DNA of 64,000 bases from Acidobacteriaceae bacterium (GCA_003166855.1 PMUM01000330.1:541-64540); one strand, 5' to 3'; shown: positions 36,637 through 46,587, counted from the stretch's first letter. Numbers and translations are program-made. Notes: a model not told the origin generated them from the sequence alone.

Positions 36637-37041
36637 TCACTCGTTGAACCGGTCGCCGTGGCTGCGGGGGTGCGATATCACCAGGAAACGAACCGGGACG
36701 GACGAGGGATTGCGGATCTGATGGCGTTGTCCCGGCATTACGCGAATGCCGGTTCCAGCATGCAGGAGCGTGGTCTGACCTTCCACCTCCATGATTACTT
36801 CACCCGACACGATGTAGAAAAACTGCTGCGCCTTTTCGTGGTGGTGGCGAATCTCGGCCGCGCCCGGGGGCATGAACTCTTCGATCACGCTGAGTTGTTC
36901 GTCGTTGACCAAATACCAGGCGTCACAATCCACTCCCCAGCGATAGTGCTCGGCATTGTCCCGGCTCACGGCGGCGGGCGTAACGGAACGTGCATGAACC
37001 GAGGCGCTTGGGAGCGACTCTGATGGGACTTTTCTCTCCAT
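36637..37041 (-). CDS. cupin domain protein
   Basis: Cupin motifs HHHEKAQQFFYIVSGE ... GTGIRVMPGQRHQIRN. Start set to MERKVP so that it does not overlap the divergent neighbour. Confidence 0.65.
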   Translation of the reverse strand: MERKVPSESLPSASVHARSVTPAAVSRDNAEHYRWGVDCDAWYLVNDEQLSVIEEFMPPGAAEIRHHHEKAQQFFYIVSGEVIMEVEGQTTLLHAGTGIRVMPGQRHQIRNPSSVPVRFLVISHPRSHGDRFNE

Positions 37042-37080
37042 GCTTTTCGTCTCCTGTAAGACCAGTGTAATCTGGTCGCC

Positions 37081-37584
37081 ATGAGCGATCCTATCCAGAA
37101 TATTTCTTCTTCCGATCCTAAGCGGGAATTGCTGCGGCACACTGTGGCCACGGTCGCGTATCGAGGCGGCAAAGCCGTGCGCAACGCGCCGGCTAGCTTC
37201 GCAGATTTCCAGGCGGGTGAGGGAACGCGCACCCCGGGCCAGATCCTGGCGCATATCGGAGACTTGTTTGACTGGGCGCTATCGATTGCCAAAGGTCAAC
37301 AAAAGTGGAGTGACTCGAAGCCTCTGCCGTGGGAACGGGAGGTAGAGCGATTCTTTTCCGCTCTCAAGAAGTTCGATGATTTTCTTGCTTCGAGCGAGTC
37401 GCTGCATGCGCCGAGCGAGAAGTTGTTTCAAGGTCCGGTGGCGGATGCATTGACGCATGTTGGGCAGATCAATATTCTTCGGCGGCTTGCCGGCGCGCCT
37501 GTAAAAGGCGAAAGTTATTACGTGGCGGAGATTCAGACCGGACGCGTGGGAGCGGATCAGAACAAACCGAAGCGCGAGTTCTGA
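37081..37584 (+). CDS. DinB-family (four-helix bundle, His-triad) protein
   Basis: Size (167 aa) and spaced His in ILAHIGDL and ALTHVGQINILRR are typical of DinB-like proteins. Weak call. Confidence 0.45.
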   Translation: MSDPIQNISSSDPKRELLRHTVATVAYRGGKAVRNAPASFADFQAGEGTRTPGQILAHIGDLFDWALSIAKGQQKWSDSKPLPWEREVERFFSALKKFDDFLASSESLHAPSEKLFQGPVADALTHVGQINILRRLAGAPVKGESYYVAEIQTGRVGADQNKPKREF

Positions 37585-37602
37585 AGGCGCCGCACCTGTA
37601 AT

Positions 37603-38166
37603 TTATTTGGAGCGATTGCGGTAGAGCGACGCGTCCACCTGTTGGGTCATCGCTTCCACATCGAGCGGGATTCCGAGAAATTGTGCGAGGTGCTGGGCGA
37701 CATCCTTCGGCTTGCTCAGAACTTCGTGATAAGGCACGCGAAGGGCTTTGACGTAGGTTTTGCCATCCATCCACGCATACACTTCGCGCAAGTGCTTCTC
37801 GAATGCTGCGGAGATCGCGGCGGGGTTTGCGCCCTCCTTATAAGTCCCACGGCGCTTCAACATTTGATCTTGCGAAGCCAGCACTTCCAGTAGCGGGCGC
37901 AGCATGAAGATGATGCGGTATTCGTGGCTCGCGGGAAGTGAGAGCAACAGCCGCGAGATTACTTTGACAACTTTGCCTTCGCCTTCCGCGATGCACGCTG
38001 GATCATTGGGGAGTTGCTTGATCCGCTCCCACTCCAGGTAGCCGCGTGGATTGTCGGTATCGGCCTGCCGTTCGCCGTCAGAGAGCGCGTTCATCCCGCC
38101 CGCAACCAGCATCTGCATCATGAGAGAGGTGCCTGAACGAGGCAGTCCCGAAACGATTGTGATCAT
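37603..38166 (-). CDS. sulfotransferase family protein
   Basis: N-terminal PAPS-binding loop IVSGLPRSGTSLMMQML. 187 aa. Confidence 0.65.
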   Translation of the reverse strand: MITIVSGLPRSGTSLMMQMLVAGGMNALSDGERQADTDNPRGYLEWERIKQLPNDPACIAEGEGKVVKVISRLLLSLPASHEYRIIFMLRPLLEVLASQDQMLKRRGTYKEGANPAAISAAFEKHLREVYAWMDGKTYVKALRVPYHEVLSKPKDVAQHLAQFLGIPLDVEAMTQQVDASLYRNRSK

Positions 38167-38254
38167 GCGTTCCCGTCAAATGTGCGGAGGGGCAAGCCCG
38201 GTCCACGAATGAACTTCGATCCTACAGCCTAGCAGAGGTCTGGGGCGCGCCAGG

Positions 38255-38734
38255 TCAGTTCTGATTCTTCAGCGGCACTTCGGCGCGGTAGATGGCCTGC
38301 CAGCGACCCTTTTTGAAGATGTAGACCGAACTGCCATTCATGTACACCGGAACTTTTTGTCCGCCGCAGGTGGCGTGTTGCTCGCCTTTGTAGGTGAGCA
38401 GGTAGGTGCCTGTGGCCAACGGCAGCACTCCGAAGTCCGAAAGACTGTAGCCCTCCACCACGCACGATTGTGCGGATTGTTTCTGCTCCTCGAGTTGCTG
38501 GTCGCGCGAAAAGCTGCCGTATTCGCCCCAGAAGACTCCGTTCTCGGGAATGTGATTGCGGAAGTAGGCTACGTCCTTGGACTTCCAGGCCTCGAAGAAG
38601 CCGGTTTCGGTGCGGACGAGTTCCTGATTGACATTGCTTTTTGTCTTCGGCGCTTGTGCGTGCGCCGGCCGGAACGGAAGGGCGAGGAAAATAAGAAATG
38701 CGGCGAAGGTGAGCGAAGTCCTGAGCATGCTCAT
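38255..38734 (-). CDS. secreted SnoaL/DUF4440-like (NTF2 fold) protein
   Basis: Signal peptide LTFAAFLIFLALPFRPAHA. ETGFFEAWKSKDVAYFRNHI resembles DUF4440. Confidence 0.5.
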   Translation of the reverse strand: MSMLRTSLTFAAFLIFLALPFRPAHAQAPKTKSNVNQELVRTETGFFEAWKSKDVAYFRNHIPENGVFWGEYGSFSRDQQLEEQKQSAQSCVVEGYSLSDFGVLPLATGTYLLTYKGEQHATCGGQKVPVYMNGSSVYIFKKGRWQAIYRAEVPLKNQN

Positions 38735-38907
38735 AAAGTCTGCCTAGCATACGCCATCGGGATTAGCTCGGGAATGTCCAGACCCTCTTCCTGAGTGAAT
38801 CTGAGGGCGCCTTGGTCGTACATGTTTCGCCTCCCGCGTTTCGGTTACAATGACCGCGTAAGGCCGAATCCGGCGGCGTTTGGGCCGCCCGAACGAGGGG
38901 TACGTCC

Positions 38908-39246
38908 TTGGCGACTGGCGAAGTGACCACTTCCAATACCCAGAATATTCCGCAGCTTCCCAACCATAAGGTGAAGGTCAAGAAGGCCGGGCAGCGCGCC
39001 TGCAACGAGAAAAACGAGAAGGGAAAATTCTGCGGCGGGCACTTGAAGCTCTGGTTTTATATGACCGACGCGGTCGAGCGCGAGTGCGGCGACGTCGAGA
39101 AAGCCTGGGGTCCGAAGGCGGAAGTGTATCGCTGCGAAAACTGCAGGGCGCTGTATCTGCCAACGCCGGGCGAGACCAAGATCAACGTCGCGGGGCAGGG
39201 GATGATTTCGGTGTTCGGGTTGACGCTGCCGCCGAAGGAGAAGTGA
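38908..39246 (+). CDS. hypothetical small Cys-containing protein
   Basis: 112-aa ORF with a TTG start and 5 Cys including CENC. Coding status is uncertain. Confidence 0.35.
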   Translation: MATGEVTTSNTQNIPQLPNHKVKVKKAGQRACNEKNEKGKFCGGHLKLWFYMTDAVERECGDVEKAWGPKAEVYRCENCRALYLPTPGETKINVAGQGMISVFGLTLPPKEK

Positions 39247-39247
39247 G

Positions 39248-39391
39248 GAAGCTTCTAGCTGCTAGCTAAGGCGCAGTGCGATTCATTCTGGGGATCCACC
39301 AACGCAAGCCGAGCTTTGCTCGGCGGACAGCCGAAGGCGGCTGTCCCCACATGAGTTTTGCTAGGAGCTAGCCGCTAGAAGCTAGCAGCTG
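39248..39391. repeat. composite: tandem heptamer arms (AGCTnCT x3 / CTAGnAG x4) flanking a REP family 2 copy (39308-39355)
   Basis: Left arm GAAGCTTCTAGCTGCTAGCTAAG. Right arm CTAGGAGCTAGCCGCTAGAAGCTAGCAGCTG ends 5 nt before ATG 39397. The arms are largely complementary. Confidence 0.65.
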
Positions 39392-39396
39392 TTTCC

Positions 39397-40644
39397 ATGA
39401 ACACTCCTGACCTCATTTACGACTGGAACAAGAATCATCCGCCTGGGTTGAAGCCGCCGGGGCCGGTGCTGATCAATGACGAGACCTTGCGCGATGGGCT
39501 GCAGTCGCCGTCGGTGCGCGATCCTTCGATCGCGGAGAAGATTGAGATCCTTCATCTGATGGAGGCGCTGGGGATCCACTCTCTGGCGTTGGGATTGCCA
39601 GGGGCCGGGCCACGCGCGGTGGAGGCTGTCACTGCGCTCGCGCGCGAGATCGCGGCGCACAAGATGAAAATTCGCGCCAACTGCGCGGCCCGAACGCATG
39701 AGAACGACATCCGCCCAGTCGCCGAGATTGTCCAGAAGACGGGGTTGTCCATCGAGGCCGCGACCTTCATCGGTTCCAGTCCGATCCGCAGATTCACCGA
39801 AGGATGGACGGACGATTTTCTTCTGCACACGACAGAGAAGGCCGTGAAGTATGCCGTCTCGCTCGGGCTCGACGTCATGTACGTCACCGAAGACACGAGC
39901 CGGTGCGATCCGGAGACGGTCAAGCGGTTGTACACGGCGGCGATCAACTGCGGCGCCCGGGCCGTCTGCATTTGCGACACGGCCGGGCACGCCACGCCCA
40001 TGGGCGCTCTGGCGCTGGTGCGGTTTGTGATTGCGGAATGCGTGAAGCCCTCGGGCGAGAACATTCGTGTCGATTGGCATGGACATAGCGACCGCGGCCT
40101 CGCGATCGCAAATTCGATGGCGGCCATCATTGCTGGCGCAAATTGCGTGCACGGCTGCGCGATTGGCCTGGGTGAACGCGTCGGCAACACGCAGGTGGAT
40201 CAGATGCTCGTCAATCTGAAACTGATGGGCATTGCGCCCTGGGATCAGCAGGATCTGACGAAGCTCAAGCAGTATTGTCAGGCGGTGTCGCGGGCAACCG
40301 GCGTGCCGATTCCGGCGAATTATCCGGTGGTCGGTGACGATGCCTTCCGCACCGCAACCGGTGTGCACGCGGCGGCAATCATCAAGGCATATCACAAAGA
40401 CGACGTCGTGCTGGCGAATACAGTCTATTCGGGCGTGCCCTCGCACGTCTTTGGGCTGGAGCAGATCATCGACATCGGTCCGATGAGCGGAAAGTCGAAC
40501 GTGCTGTGGTGGCTGGAGCGGCACGGCATCCCGGTGAGTGACGGAATCGTCAACCGCATTTACCAGCGAGCCAAGCAGAGCGACCACACGCTGAGCGAGG
40601 CGGAAATTCTGGAATGCGTGCCGACCGCGGCGCAGAAGAAGTGA
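39397..40644 (+). CDS. HMGL-like DRE-TIM metallolyase (2-isopropylmalate/homocitrate synthase family, no LeuA regulatory domain)
   Basis: ETLRDGLQSP and WHGHSDRGLAIANSMAAIIAGA (HxH...N metal site) motifs. 415 aa. Confidence 0.75.
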   Translation: MNTPDLIYDWNKNHPPGLKPPGPVLINDETLRDGLQSPSVRDPSIAEKIEILHLMEALGIHSLALGLPGAGPRAVEAVTALAREIAAHKMKIRANCAARTHENDIRPVAEIVQKTGLSIEAATFIGSSPIRRFTEGWTDDFLLHTTEKAVKYAVSLGLDVMYVTEDTSRCDPETVKRLYTAAINCGARAVCICDTAGHATPMGALALVRFVIAECVKPSGENIRVDWHGHSDRGLAIANSMAAIIAGANCVHGCAIGLGERVGNTQVDQMLVNLKLMGIAPWDQQDLTKLKQYCQAVSRATGVPIPANYPVVGDDAFRTATGVHAAAIIKAYHKDDVVLANTVYSGVPSHVFGLEQIIDIGPMSGKSNVLWWLERHGIPVSDGIVNRIYQRAKQSDHTLSEAEILECVPTAAQKK

Positions 40645-40651
40645 CCCGCGC

Positions 40652-41554
40652 ATGGCCCCCTTGAGACATGCGATTCTCGGCGTGGGCGGAGTTGGAGGCC
40701 TGATCGGCGCCTGCCTTGCGCGGTCGGGCGAGACGGTCACGGTGGTGGTTAGGCCCGAATCCCTCGCGCAATATCCCGAACAAGTTCATCTGGAAAGCGC
40801 GTTTGGAAATTTCAGCGTGCCGGTTGCCCGTGCCGACGAGGTGCCGCCTGCTGACGTCTTGTGGATTGCCGTGAAGGCCACGCAACTGGATGCAGCGCTG
40901 GCTGCTTTAACCAAGCCCGAGTCAGTGAGAGCCATCGTTCCTCTGCTCAACGGGATCGACCACCTCGCGGCACTGCGCGCCAAGTATGGTCCCGAAAAAG
41001 TCATCGCAGCAACAATCGCCGTCGAAACCGAGCGCGTTGCACCCGGACACATCGTCCATCGCACTCCGTTTGCTCGTCTGAACGTGTCTTCAGCCGGACG
41101 AAGTCTCCTCGGCGCTGTCGTTGATGAGTTTCAGAAGATGGGTTTCGAGTGCCACTTCATCGATGACGAACCGACGCTGATGTGGAGCAAGATTGTTTTC
41201 CTCGCCCCGTTCGCTCTGACGACCACCGCTGCGGATCGCACGACGGGAGCGGTCATCGCCGATCCCGAGTGGAAGCAGCAACTGGAATCCTGCGTTCGGG
41301 AAGCATGCGCGGTTGCCGTGGCAGAGGGCGCCAAAGTGGACGCGGACGCGATCATCGCAGCGATGATAAAGATGCCCCCGAATATGCGCAGTTCCATGCA
41401 GAAGGACGTCGAGCGCGGCAATGTCCCCGAAATCGACGCGATCGCAGGACCCATCCTGCGCGGCGGTCAGCGTCACAGGATCGAGGTGCCCACTACGAGG
41501 AGACTGGTCGCGGCGGTGGAGATTCGAGCCGGGAATCGACGCTCCCTCGTGTAG
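40652..41554 (+). CDS. panE: 2-dehydropantoate 2-reductase family (PanE/ApbA-like) oxidoreductase
   Basis: Rossmann motif ILGVGGVGGLIGACLA, LLNGIDH, and SSMQKDVERGNVPEIDAIAG typical of the ketopantoate reductase family. Substrate not proven. Confidence 0.65.
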   Translation: MAPLRHAILGVGGVGGLIGACLARSGETVTVVVRPESLAQYPEQVHLESAFGNFSVPVARADEVPPADVLWIAVKATQLDAALAALTKPESVRAIVPLLNGIDHLAALRAKYGPEKVIAATIAVETERVAPGHIVHRTPFARLNVSSAGRSLLGAVVDEFQKMGFECHFIDDEPTLMWSKIVFLAPFALTTTAADRTTGAVIADPEWKQQLESCVREACAVAVAEGAKVDADAIIAAMIKMPPNMRSSMQKDVERGNVPEIDAIAGPILRGGQRHRIEVPTTRRLVAAVEIRAGNRRSLV

Positions 41555-41563
41555 CATTCCGAA

Positions 41564-42157
41564 ATGACCTGGACGGAAATCCTGGGTTTTGTGACGGGCG
41601 CCGCATCGGTTCTGCTGGCGGTCCGCGAAAGCGCATGGAACTGGCCTGTCGGAATCGCGAACAATATCTTTTTCCTGATCCTTTTCTGGAAAGCGAAACT
41701 CTACGCGGATGCGGTCCTGCAGATTGTCTACATCGTTATCTCGGTCTTCGGCTGGTGGAACTGGGTGCGCGGTGGGACAGGTCATACCGAACTGCCCATC
41801 AGTAAGACCACAGCTCGAGCCGGAATTACTCTTACCCTGATCACCGTCACAGCGACGGCGCTGCTCACCGCAGCTCTGCGCCGCTTCACCGACAGTGCCG
41901 TGCCCTTCGGCGACGGCGTTACCACGGCGCTCAGTTTGACCGCGCAGTACATGCTCAGCCGGAAGCTGCTGGAGAACTGGTGGGTATGGATGACGGCAGA
42001 CGTGATCTACATCGCACTCTACTGCTACAAGTCTCTTTACCAGACCGGCGTTCTCTATCTCGTCTTCTTTGCGATGTGCATCGCAGGATACACGGGCTGG
42101 CGAAAGTCTCTGGCGTCGAACACCGCGCGGGCTCCGCAGGAGGCGGCAGTACTGTGA
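41564..42157 (+). CDS. pnuC: nicotinamide riboside transporter PnuC
   Basis: 197-aa membrane protein with a PnuC-typical N-terminus EILGFVTGAASVLLAVRESAWNWPVGI and W-rich helices. Confidence 0.8.
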   Translation: MTWTEILGFVTGAASVLLAVRESAWNWPVGIANNIFFLILFWKAKLYADAVLQIVYIVISVFGWWNWVRGGTGHTELPISKTTARAGITLTLITVTATALLTAALRRFTDSAVPFGDGVTTALSLTAQYMLSRKLLENWWVWMTADVIYIALYCYKSLYQTGVLYLVFFAMCIAGYTGWRKSLASNTARAPQEAAVL

Positions 42158-43164
42158 CACGCGGATTAGTGATCGGCAAGTTCTATCCGCCCCATCGCGG
42201 GCACAAATTTCTCATCGAGACGGCGCTGGCCCAAGTGGACCGTCTCGACGTATTGATCTGCGTGCGACCCGATCAGCGGATTTCAGGAGGGCTGCGGGCG
42301 CAATGGCTGCGTGAGATGCATCCTTCCGCTTTTGTGAGGGCAATTGACGATCCCGGCGAAGACGACAATTCCGAGTTCTGGGCTCAATACACGGCGCAAA
42401 TCCTGGGGACTGTACCAGACGTAGTGTTTACTTCTGAGGACTATGGTGAAGCCTACGCCCGCTTTCTAGGCTGCCGTCACGTGATGGTCGACCGGAATCG
42501 AACCCATGTGGAAGTTTCGGCGCGCGCGATTCGGGCAGCCCCCCTGCGGCATTGGGAGTATCTTGAGCCCTGCGTTCGTGCTTTCTTTGCCAAGCGGGTT
42601 AGCGTCGTGGGAGCGGAATCGACCGGTACAACAACTCTCGCGCGCGATCTGGCCTTGCATTACGATACGGTTTGGGTGCCGGAGTACGGTCGCGAATACT
42701 GCGAGAAGTTGCAGGCGGCAGGCGTGGACTTGTGGACCTACCAGTGGCGCAGCGCGGAGTTTACGGAAATCGCCCGCAAGCAGCAGGAGATGGAAGACGA
42801 CATGGCACGCGAAGCCAACCGTGTCCTGATTTGTGACACAGACGTTCTGGCAACAGAGATCTGGCACGAGCGCTACCTGCGGACTGGTTCTCCTGATGTG
42901 GGGGCCATTGCCGCGGCCCACCGTCACCATCTCTATCTGCTCACGGACTGTGACCTTCCTTTCGTGCAAGACGGGTTGCGGGATGGGGAGACGATCCGGC
43001 AGTGGATGACGCGCCGTTTCGAAGACGTGCTGACGGAGCGCGGACTCCCATGGGTCAAGATCTCCGGTACGGGGGAGCAGCGGCTGTCCGCAGCCGTTGC
43101 CGAAGTCGACAAGCTCTTCGAGCAATGCGCGCGAATTGGCGCCGAACATCGATTTGCGCGGTGA
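42154..43164 (+). CDS. nadR: NadR-type NMN adenylyltransferase / ribosylnicotinamide kinase
   Basis: GTG start overlaps the pnuC stop (GTGA). Nucleotidyltransferase motif GKFYPPHRGH. Walker A VVGAESTGTTTLARDLA. Confidence 0.8.
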   Translation: MTRGLVIGKFYPPHRGHKFLIETALAQVDRLDVLICVRPDQRISGGLRAQWLREMHPSAFVRAIDDPGEDDNSEFWAQYTAQILGTVPDVVFTSEDYGEAYARFLGCRHVMVDRNRTHVEVSARAIRAAPLRHWEYLEPCVRAFFAKRVSVVGAESTGTTTLARDLALHYDTVWVPEYGREYCEKLQAAGVDLWTYQWRSAEFTEIARKQQEMEDDMAREANRVLICDTDVLATEIWHERYLRTGSPDVGAIAAAHRHHLYLLTDCDLPFVQDGLRDGETIRQWMTRRFEDVLTERGLPWVKISGTGEQRLSAAVAEVDKLFEQCARIGAEHRFAR

Positions 43165-43299
43165 AACGAAGGGGTGTTTGTTTCCGGGCCAAAGGACAGT
43201 CCAACCGGTACCCCAACGACACAGTGCCCAATCATCTTCCGTAACGCCCTCGCCAATCCCCAATCCGGCCAACGCGTTGTAAACTAACGCAATACTTCC

Positions 43300-44571
43300 A
43301 TGAGCCCGAATCCCCCGCGCTCGGACTTGCCGGACGCCGCGCTTGCGCCCTCGGTGCAGCAGGAAGTGGCGCGCCTCGCCGCATCCCCGGAAGTACGTTC
43401 CGCATTCAACTGGTTTCGCACCCAGGAAGCGCAACTGGCGCACTGGCAAATGGAGATGGCGCGGATTCCGGCGCCTCCGTTTGGCGAGTCGGCGCGCGCG
43501 GCCTGGCTGTCGGAACGCTTTCGTGAAGTCGGGTTGGACGATGTTCGCATCGACGACGTGGGCAACGTATTCGGCACGCATCCCGGATTTGGGCGGCGCT
43601 ATGTGGCTCTGAGCGCGCATATCGACACCGTGTTTCCCGCCAACACGCCTCTGAATATCCGCCAGCAGGGAAGCCGCATCTACGGGCCGGGAGTTTCCGA
43701 CAACGGCGCAGGTGTCGCGGCGCTGCTGGGCATTGCATCGCTGTTGCGCAATGTTCGCATCCGGCATTCGCTCCCGTTTGTGTTTATCGGGAATGTGGGC
43801 GAGGAGGGCGAGGGCGACCTGCGCGGCATGCGGCACATTTTTGCGACGCCTCGCTGGAAAGATTCGATCGCGTACAGTCTGGTACTCGACGGCGCGGGCG
43901 CGGACACGATTGTGGCCGAAGCCCTGGGCAGTCGCCGCTTTGAAGTGATCGTGCGCGGGCCGGGCGGCCACTCGTGGAGCGATTTTGGCGCGCCCAATCC
44001 TATTGTGATTCTGGCGAAGGCAATCGAAACCTTCGCGGCGACCCCGGTTCCGACCGCGCCGAAGACCACGTTCAACGTCGGTGTGATTCGCGGAGGGACC
44101 TCGGTGAACTCCATTCCCGAGTCGGCCAGCATGAAAGTCGATATCCGCTCGACATCGATGACCGAAATGGAGCGCTTGGAACAGTCGCTACGCCTGGCGC
44201 TGAATCGCGCGGTGGAAGATGAAACCATGGCCGCCGAGATGCGATCGTCCGCGCAGAAGCGGCCATCCGGAGTGAGTTGCGAGGTGGTGGTGATCGGGAA
44301 CCGTCCGGCGGGAGAGTTGCGGGCGGGGGCGCGAATTTTGCAGGTGGTGCGCGCGGTCGATTCGCAACTCGCCAATGCGGCGCAGGTGCAGCGCGCATCG
44401 ACGGACGCGAATATTCCGCTTTCGCTGGGGCAGGAAGCAATTGCCATCGGCGGCGGCGGGTCGGGCGGCGGGGCACATACATTGCAGGAGTGGTTCGATT
44501 CCAACGGACGCGAGTTGGGCCTAAAGCGGATTTTGCTGACGATGATGGCGCTGGCGGGGGTGGGGGAATGA
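43300..44571 (+). CDS. M20 family metallopeptidase (PepT/ArgE-like)
   Basis: SAHIDTVFP, GVSDNGAGVAAL and GNVGEEGEGD metal-ligand blocks. Confidence 0.75.
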   Translation: MSPNPPRSDLPDAALAPSVQQEVARLAASPEVRSAFNWFRTQEAQLAHWQMEMARIPAPPFGESARAAWLSERFREVGLDDVRIDDVGNVFGTHPGFGRRYVALSAHIDTVFPANTPLNIRQQGSRIYGPGVSDNGAGVAALLGIASLLRNVRIRHSLPFVFIGNVGEEGEGDLRGMRHIFATPRWKDSIAYSLVLDGAGADTIVAEALGSRRFEVIVRGPGGHSWSDFGAPNPIVILAKAIETFAATPVPTAPKTTFNVGVIRGGTSVNSIPESASMKVDIRSTSMTEMERLEQSLRLALNRAVEDETMAAEMRSSAQKRPSGVSCEVVVIGNRPAGELRAGARILQVVRAVDSQLANAAQVQRASTDANIPLSLGQEAIAIGGGGSGGGAHTLQEWFDSNGRELGLKRILLTMMALAGVGE

Positions 44572-46370
44572 TGCTTAGATTTGCAACGGTGGGATTTTGG
44601 AAGGGAAGCAATGCGATATCTGCTCTTTTCTGTGGACTGCTCTGTCTCGTCGCTCCGATTGCTCGTGCCCAGACCTCGACGACCGTGACGCCACCTCCTT
44701 TGCCCCCCGAACATATGGTGAGAGATCCAAAGTCGATGGCCGACATCATCTTCATGCACGCCAACGTCTATACGGGCGTGCCTGCCAACACGCCGTTCAG
44801 TTCCATTCTGCGCGAGGAAGCGATCGCCGTGCGCGGCGACCGTATCCAGGCAGTGGGCAAGGTCGTTGACATTAACAAGCTGAAAGGGCCGCAGACGCAA
44901 GTCGTCGACCTCGGCGGGCACTTCGTCATGCCCGGGTTCAACGACGCTCACCTGCATCTTGATGATGCTGGAATGACGAAGCTGAGCCTGGATCTGACGG
45001 GGGTGAAGTCTCTCGATGACCTCCGCGCGCAAGTCGCGAAGAAAGTCGAAGAGTCGAAGGCCGGCGATTGGATTCTGGGATCGGGCTGGGACGAAACTCT
45101 CTGGCCAGTGAAAGTGACGCCCACTCGCTGGGATCTCGACGAAGTGTCAGGCGGGCATCCGGTATTCCTCGTCCGAATCGACGGACACATCGCCGTGGCC
45201 AATACTCGGGCGCTGCAACTGGGCAGCATCACGCTGGCCAGCCGCAATCCACAGGGCGGGCAGATCGATCGCAACGAGAATGGTGAGCCCACCGGCATTG
45301 TGCGGGAGACGGCGCAGGCCGCGATTCTGGAAGTGGTTCCTAAACCGACGCACCGCCTCCGCCGTCAAGCCCTTGAGCTTGCTCTCGCTGATCTGACCGA
45401 ACATGGCGTGACGTCCGCGCAGGATTATTCGCCCAACTGGGAAAATTTTCAGATCTACGAGGAACTGGAAAAAGAAGGCAAACTCACCGCCCGCATCACG
45501 GAATGGCTGCCCTTCGACGATCCCGTCGAAGAGTTGGACAAGAAGCGCAACTCGCATCCGCAGTCGGACCTGATGTTGCATACCGGGATGCTGAAGGGGT
45601 TCATGGACGGCTCACTGGGATCGCACACGGCCGCGATGCTGGAGCCCTATGCGGACGATCCGAAGAACTCCGGCCTGCCGCGATACGACGCCGCGAAGCT
45701 GAACGACATGACGAAAGAGCGCGTGCTGGCGGGTTTCCAGATCGGCTTTCATGCGATCGGCGACAAGGGCGTGCAGATGGCGCTCGACGCCTTTGCCGAG
45801 GCCGAAAAGGCCGCGCGCGAGGCGCACGTGAAAGCGCCCAACGGCGGCGAAGATTTCCGCCTGCGGATCGAACACGCTCAGGTCACCACCGCCGCGCAGA
45901 TCGCGCAGTTCAAGACTCTCAGAGTGATTGCTTCGATGCAGCCCAGTCATTTGCTGACCGACATGCGTTGGGCTCAAGACCGGCTAGGACCGAAGCGCGC
46001 CGCAACCTCGTACGCTTGGCTGGCCTTTCTGAATAAGGGCGTCACGCTGGCCTTTGGCACGGATTATCCGGTGGAACCGGTCACGCCATTCCGGGGGCTC
46101 TACGCCGCCATTACGCGCAAAAGCGAGAACGGCAAGCAGGAATACTTCCCCGAAGGGCGGCTCACCGGGGACCAGGCGATCGCCGCGTACACTGTGGGTT
46201 CGGCATTTGCCGAGTTCGAGGAGAAGGAAAAGGGGAGACTGGTCCCCGGAATGTTGGCCGATTTTATCGTCCTGGACCGGGATCCCACGGCGTCCGCGCC
46301 GGAGAAGTTGCTGGGCACCAAGGTACTGCGCACCGTATTGGGCGGGAAGACGGTGTACGAAGCGAAGTAA
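44568..46370 (+). CDS. amidohydrolase family 3 (YtcJ-like) metal-dependent hydrolase, secreted
   Basis: ATGA overlap with the M20 gene stop. Signal peptide ALFCGLLCLVAPIARAQ. VMPGFNDAHLHL metal-binding HxH. Confidence 0.75.
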   Translation: MMLRFATVGFWKGSNAISALFCGLLCLVAPIARAQTSTTVTPPPLPPEHMVRDPKSMADIIFMHANVYTGVPANTPFSSILREEAIAVRGDRIQAVGKVVDINKLKGPQTQVVDLGGHFVMPGFNDAHLHLDDAGMTKLSLDLTGVKSLDDLRAQVAKKVEESKAGDWILGSGWDETLWPVKVTPTRWDLDEVSGGHPVFLVRIDGHIAVANTRALQLGSITLASRNPQGGQIDRNENGEPTGIVRETAQAAILEVVPKPTHRLRRQALELALADLTEHGVTSAQDYSPNWENFQIYEELEKEGKLTARITEWLPFDDPVEELDKKRNSHPQSDLMLHTGMLKGFMDGSLGSHTAAMLEPYADDPKNSGLPRYDAAKLNDMTKERVLAGFQIGFHAIGDKGVQMALDAFAEAEKAAREAHVKAPNGGEDFRLRIEHAQVTTAAQIAQFKTLRVIASMQPSHLLTDMRWAQDRLGPKRAATSYAWLAFLNKGVTLAFGTDYPVEPVTPFRGLYAAITRKSENGKQEYFPEGRLTGDQAIAAYTVGSAFAEFEEKEKGRLVPGMLADFIVLDRDPTASAPEKLLGTKVLRTVLGGKTVYEAK

Positions 46371-46587
46371 ATCGAGGCCCGTACGCTCGATCGACGATCG
46401 AGTCCATGGTTAGCACTCTCGCGGAGAGTATCTTACTTAAATCCCTTGAGCATCAAACGGTTTCGTGGGTTTGTGCGTCTAATAACAGAACTCTCTATGG
46501 CGGGATCTGCACTGTCACAACCGACAGTACCGGTATGTAAATGGGTATACTATAAGGGTTTAATCGGTTTCGGAGGGAAGTAGACAT

